From assembly GCA_046349435.1 (NCBI GenBank), contig JAXMCI010000027.1, positions 21,972 through 45,971 of the forward strand: 24,000 bases of DNA. Reading direction: 5' to 3'. Within the stretch, counting starts at the first letter, position 1. Every line of letters starts with the position of its first letter. The position numbers were made by a program, and so were the translations under genes. Below, piece after piece: positions 23,160 to 24,000 of the stretch. A model generated the notes under the pieces. The model had not been told where the DNA came from, did no database searches, and was given only the letters and a program-made list of their open reading frames with translations. Source of the stretch: Dongiaceae bacterium (GTDB taxonomy: Bacteria > Pseudomonadota > Alphaproteobacteria > Dongiales > Dongiaceae).

Positions 23160-24000
23160 ATGCGCTTCTCGGAAAACGGCTTCTACGTCGAGCGGTACGT
23201 CAAGTGCCGCAATTGCGGCCTGCTCGTCTATGGCGAGGGGGTGCCCGGCACGCTGGCCGGCAAGCCGGCCCTGTTCTGCTCGGACTGGTGCCTGGAATGG
23301 GCCGACATGAAGGCGGCGGGAATCCCGACCCGGCGGCTGCCGATCGTCCATCCCAAGCTGCCGGTGGAGGAGGCGGCGGGCCGCCGCGCGGTGCCGCGCG
23401 GCACCGCCGACATGGTGATGATGAACATCCTCGACTCCACCATGGTGTCGATCTGCCGCGAGATGGGCATCCTGCTGATGAAGACGTCCTACTCGACGAT
23501 CTTCAACGAGGGGCTCGACTTCACCTGCGCGCTGGCCGACGCCAAGGGCGACATGATCGCCTGCGCGGAGTTCTGCCCGACGATGATCGGCGGCATGCCG
23601 CTGCTGATCAAGACCTGCGCCCAGGAGATCCCCTTCGACACGCTGGTCGAGGGCGACGTCATCGTCCACAACGATCCCTATCGCGGCGGGCTGCACGTCC
23701 CCGAGCACACCTTCTTCAAGCCGTTCTTCGTCGATGGCGAGCTGCTCGGATTCGCCGTCTGCATCGGCCACATCGCCGAGATCGGCGGCAGCGTGCCGGG
23801 CGCCTTCTGCGGCGAGGCGACCGAGATCTTCCACGAGGGGCTGCGCGTGCCGCCGGTGAAGATCCAGAAGGCCGGCAAGGACGTCGAGGAGGTGTGGAAG
23901 CTGCTGCTCGCCAACGTGCGCACGCCGCGGCAGAACTACGGCGACCTCAGGGCGATGATCGGCGCCGTCAATCTCGGCGTCGACCGCATCGGCCAGATCG
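23160..24000 (+). CDS. hydantoinase B/oxoprolinase family protein with an N-terminal Cys4 zinc-ribbon-like extension (3' end outside window)
   Basis: Not in the ORF track because it is open at the window end. The ATG at 23160 is preceded by GAGGA (8-nt spacer) and lies 11 nt after the A-subunit stop. I translated by hand to 24000 and found no stop. The B-type core starts near residue 83: MNILDSTMVSICREMGILLMKTSYSTIFNEGLDFTCALADAKGDMIA...HNDPYRGGLHVPEH...GHIAEIGG...RTPRQNYGDLRAMIGA. Confidence 0.85.
   Translation, partial: MRFSENGFYVERYVKCRNCGLLVYGEGVPGTLAGKPALFCSDWCLEWADMKAAGIPTRRLPIVHPKLPVEEAAGRRAVPRGTADMVMMNILDSTMVSICREMGILLMKTSYSTIFNEGLDFTCALADAKGDMIACAEFCPTMIGGMPLLIKTCAQEIPFDTLVEGDVIVHNDPYRGGLHVPEHTFFKPFFVDGELLGFAVCIGHIAEIGGSVPGAFCGEATEIFHEGLRVPPVKIQKAGKDVEEVWKLLLANVRTPRQNYGDLRAMIGAVNLGVDRIGQI

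Noticed and set aside
1-24000. Mobile elements, prophage, defence systems, toxin-antitoxin pairs, tRNA/rRNA genes and riboswitches.
   Set aside because: I saw no transposase, integrase or recombinase-like ORF, no terminal inverted repeats flanking a compositional shift, and no cloverleaf-like or rRNA-like low-GC structured segments. I saw no leader long or structured enough to match a riboswitch I recognise. Base composition is uniform apart from short promoter regions.

Overview
Very GC-rich (about 70% by eye, not computed) bacterial chromosomal segment. The gene content suggests an alphaproteobacterium, but this is inference only. I can support about 29 protein-coding genes. I found no rRNA, tRNA, CRISPR, IS or phage genes. 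Layout: (i) 1-2751 holds the 5' end of an arylsulfatase, an orphan amino-acid-type periplasmic binding protein, and an outer-membrane beta-barrel plus lipoprotein pair. (ii) 2778-11128 holds eleven consecutive minus-strand genes that all encode envelope proteins. The first six form an operon encoding only exported proteins of unknown function: a LolA-like DUF2092 protein, a Gly/His-rich protein built from 17-aa tandem repeats, two cysteine-rich-repeat paralogs, a Tat-signal beta-rich protein, and a 4-Cys secreted protein. They are followed by a permuted MCE transport operon, pqiB-pqiC-pqiA. That operon is extended by a secreted HNH-fold protein with substituted catalytic residues and a DUF4239 membrane protein. 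(iii) 11269-11958 is an ion channel with a non-canonical selectivity filter. (iv) 11974-16430 is a glycosyltransferase island: a divergent GT2, then a coiled-coil protein, an N-domain-only paralog of the neighbouring GT4, the GT4 itself and a GT4-like gene, all linked by 4-nt start/stop overlaps. (v) 16456-21008 holds a secreted EEP phosphoesterase, a histidine phosphatase, gnd, an aldose-1-epimerase-like gene and a fatty-acid-hydroxylase/sterol-desaturase family gene. (vi) 21124-24000 holds the hydantoinase/oxoprolinase A and B subunits, with B carrying an N-terminal C-X2-C-X20-C-X3-C (TRASH / zf-FCS-like) module. Most long ORFs in the track on opposite strands or other frames are GC-driven shadow ORFs. 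All family names come from recognising motifs by eye. No database search was run, so family assignments and novelty claims need HMM/BLAST confirmation.
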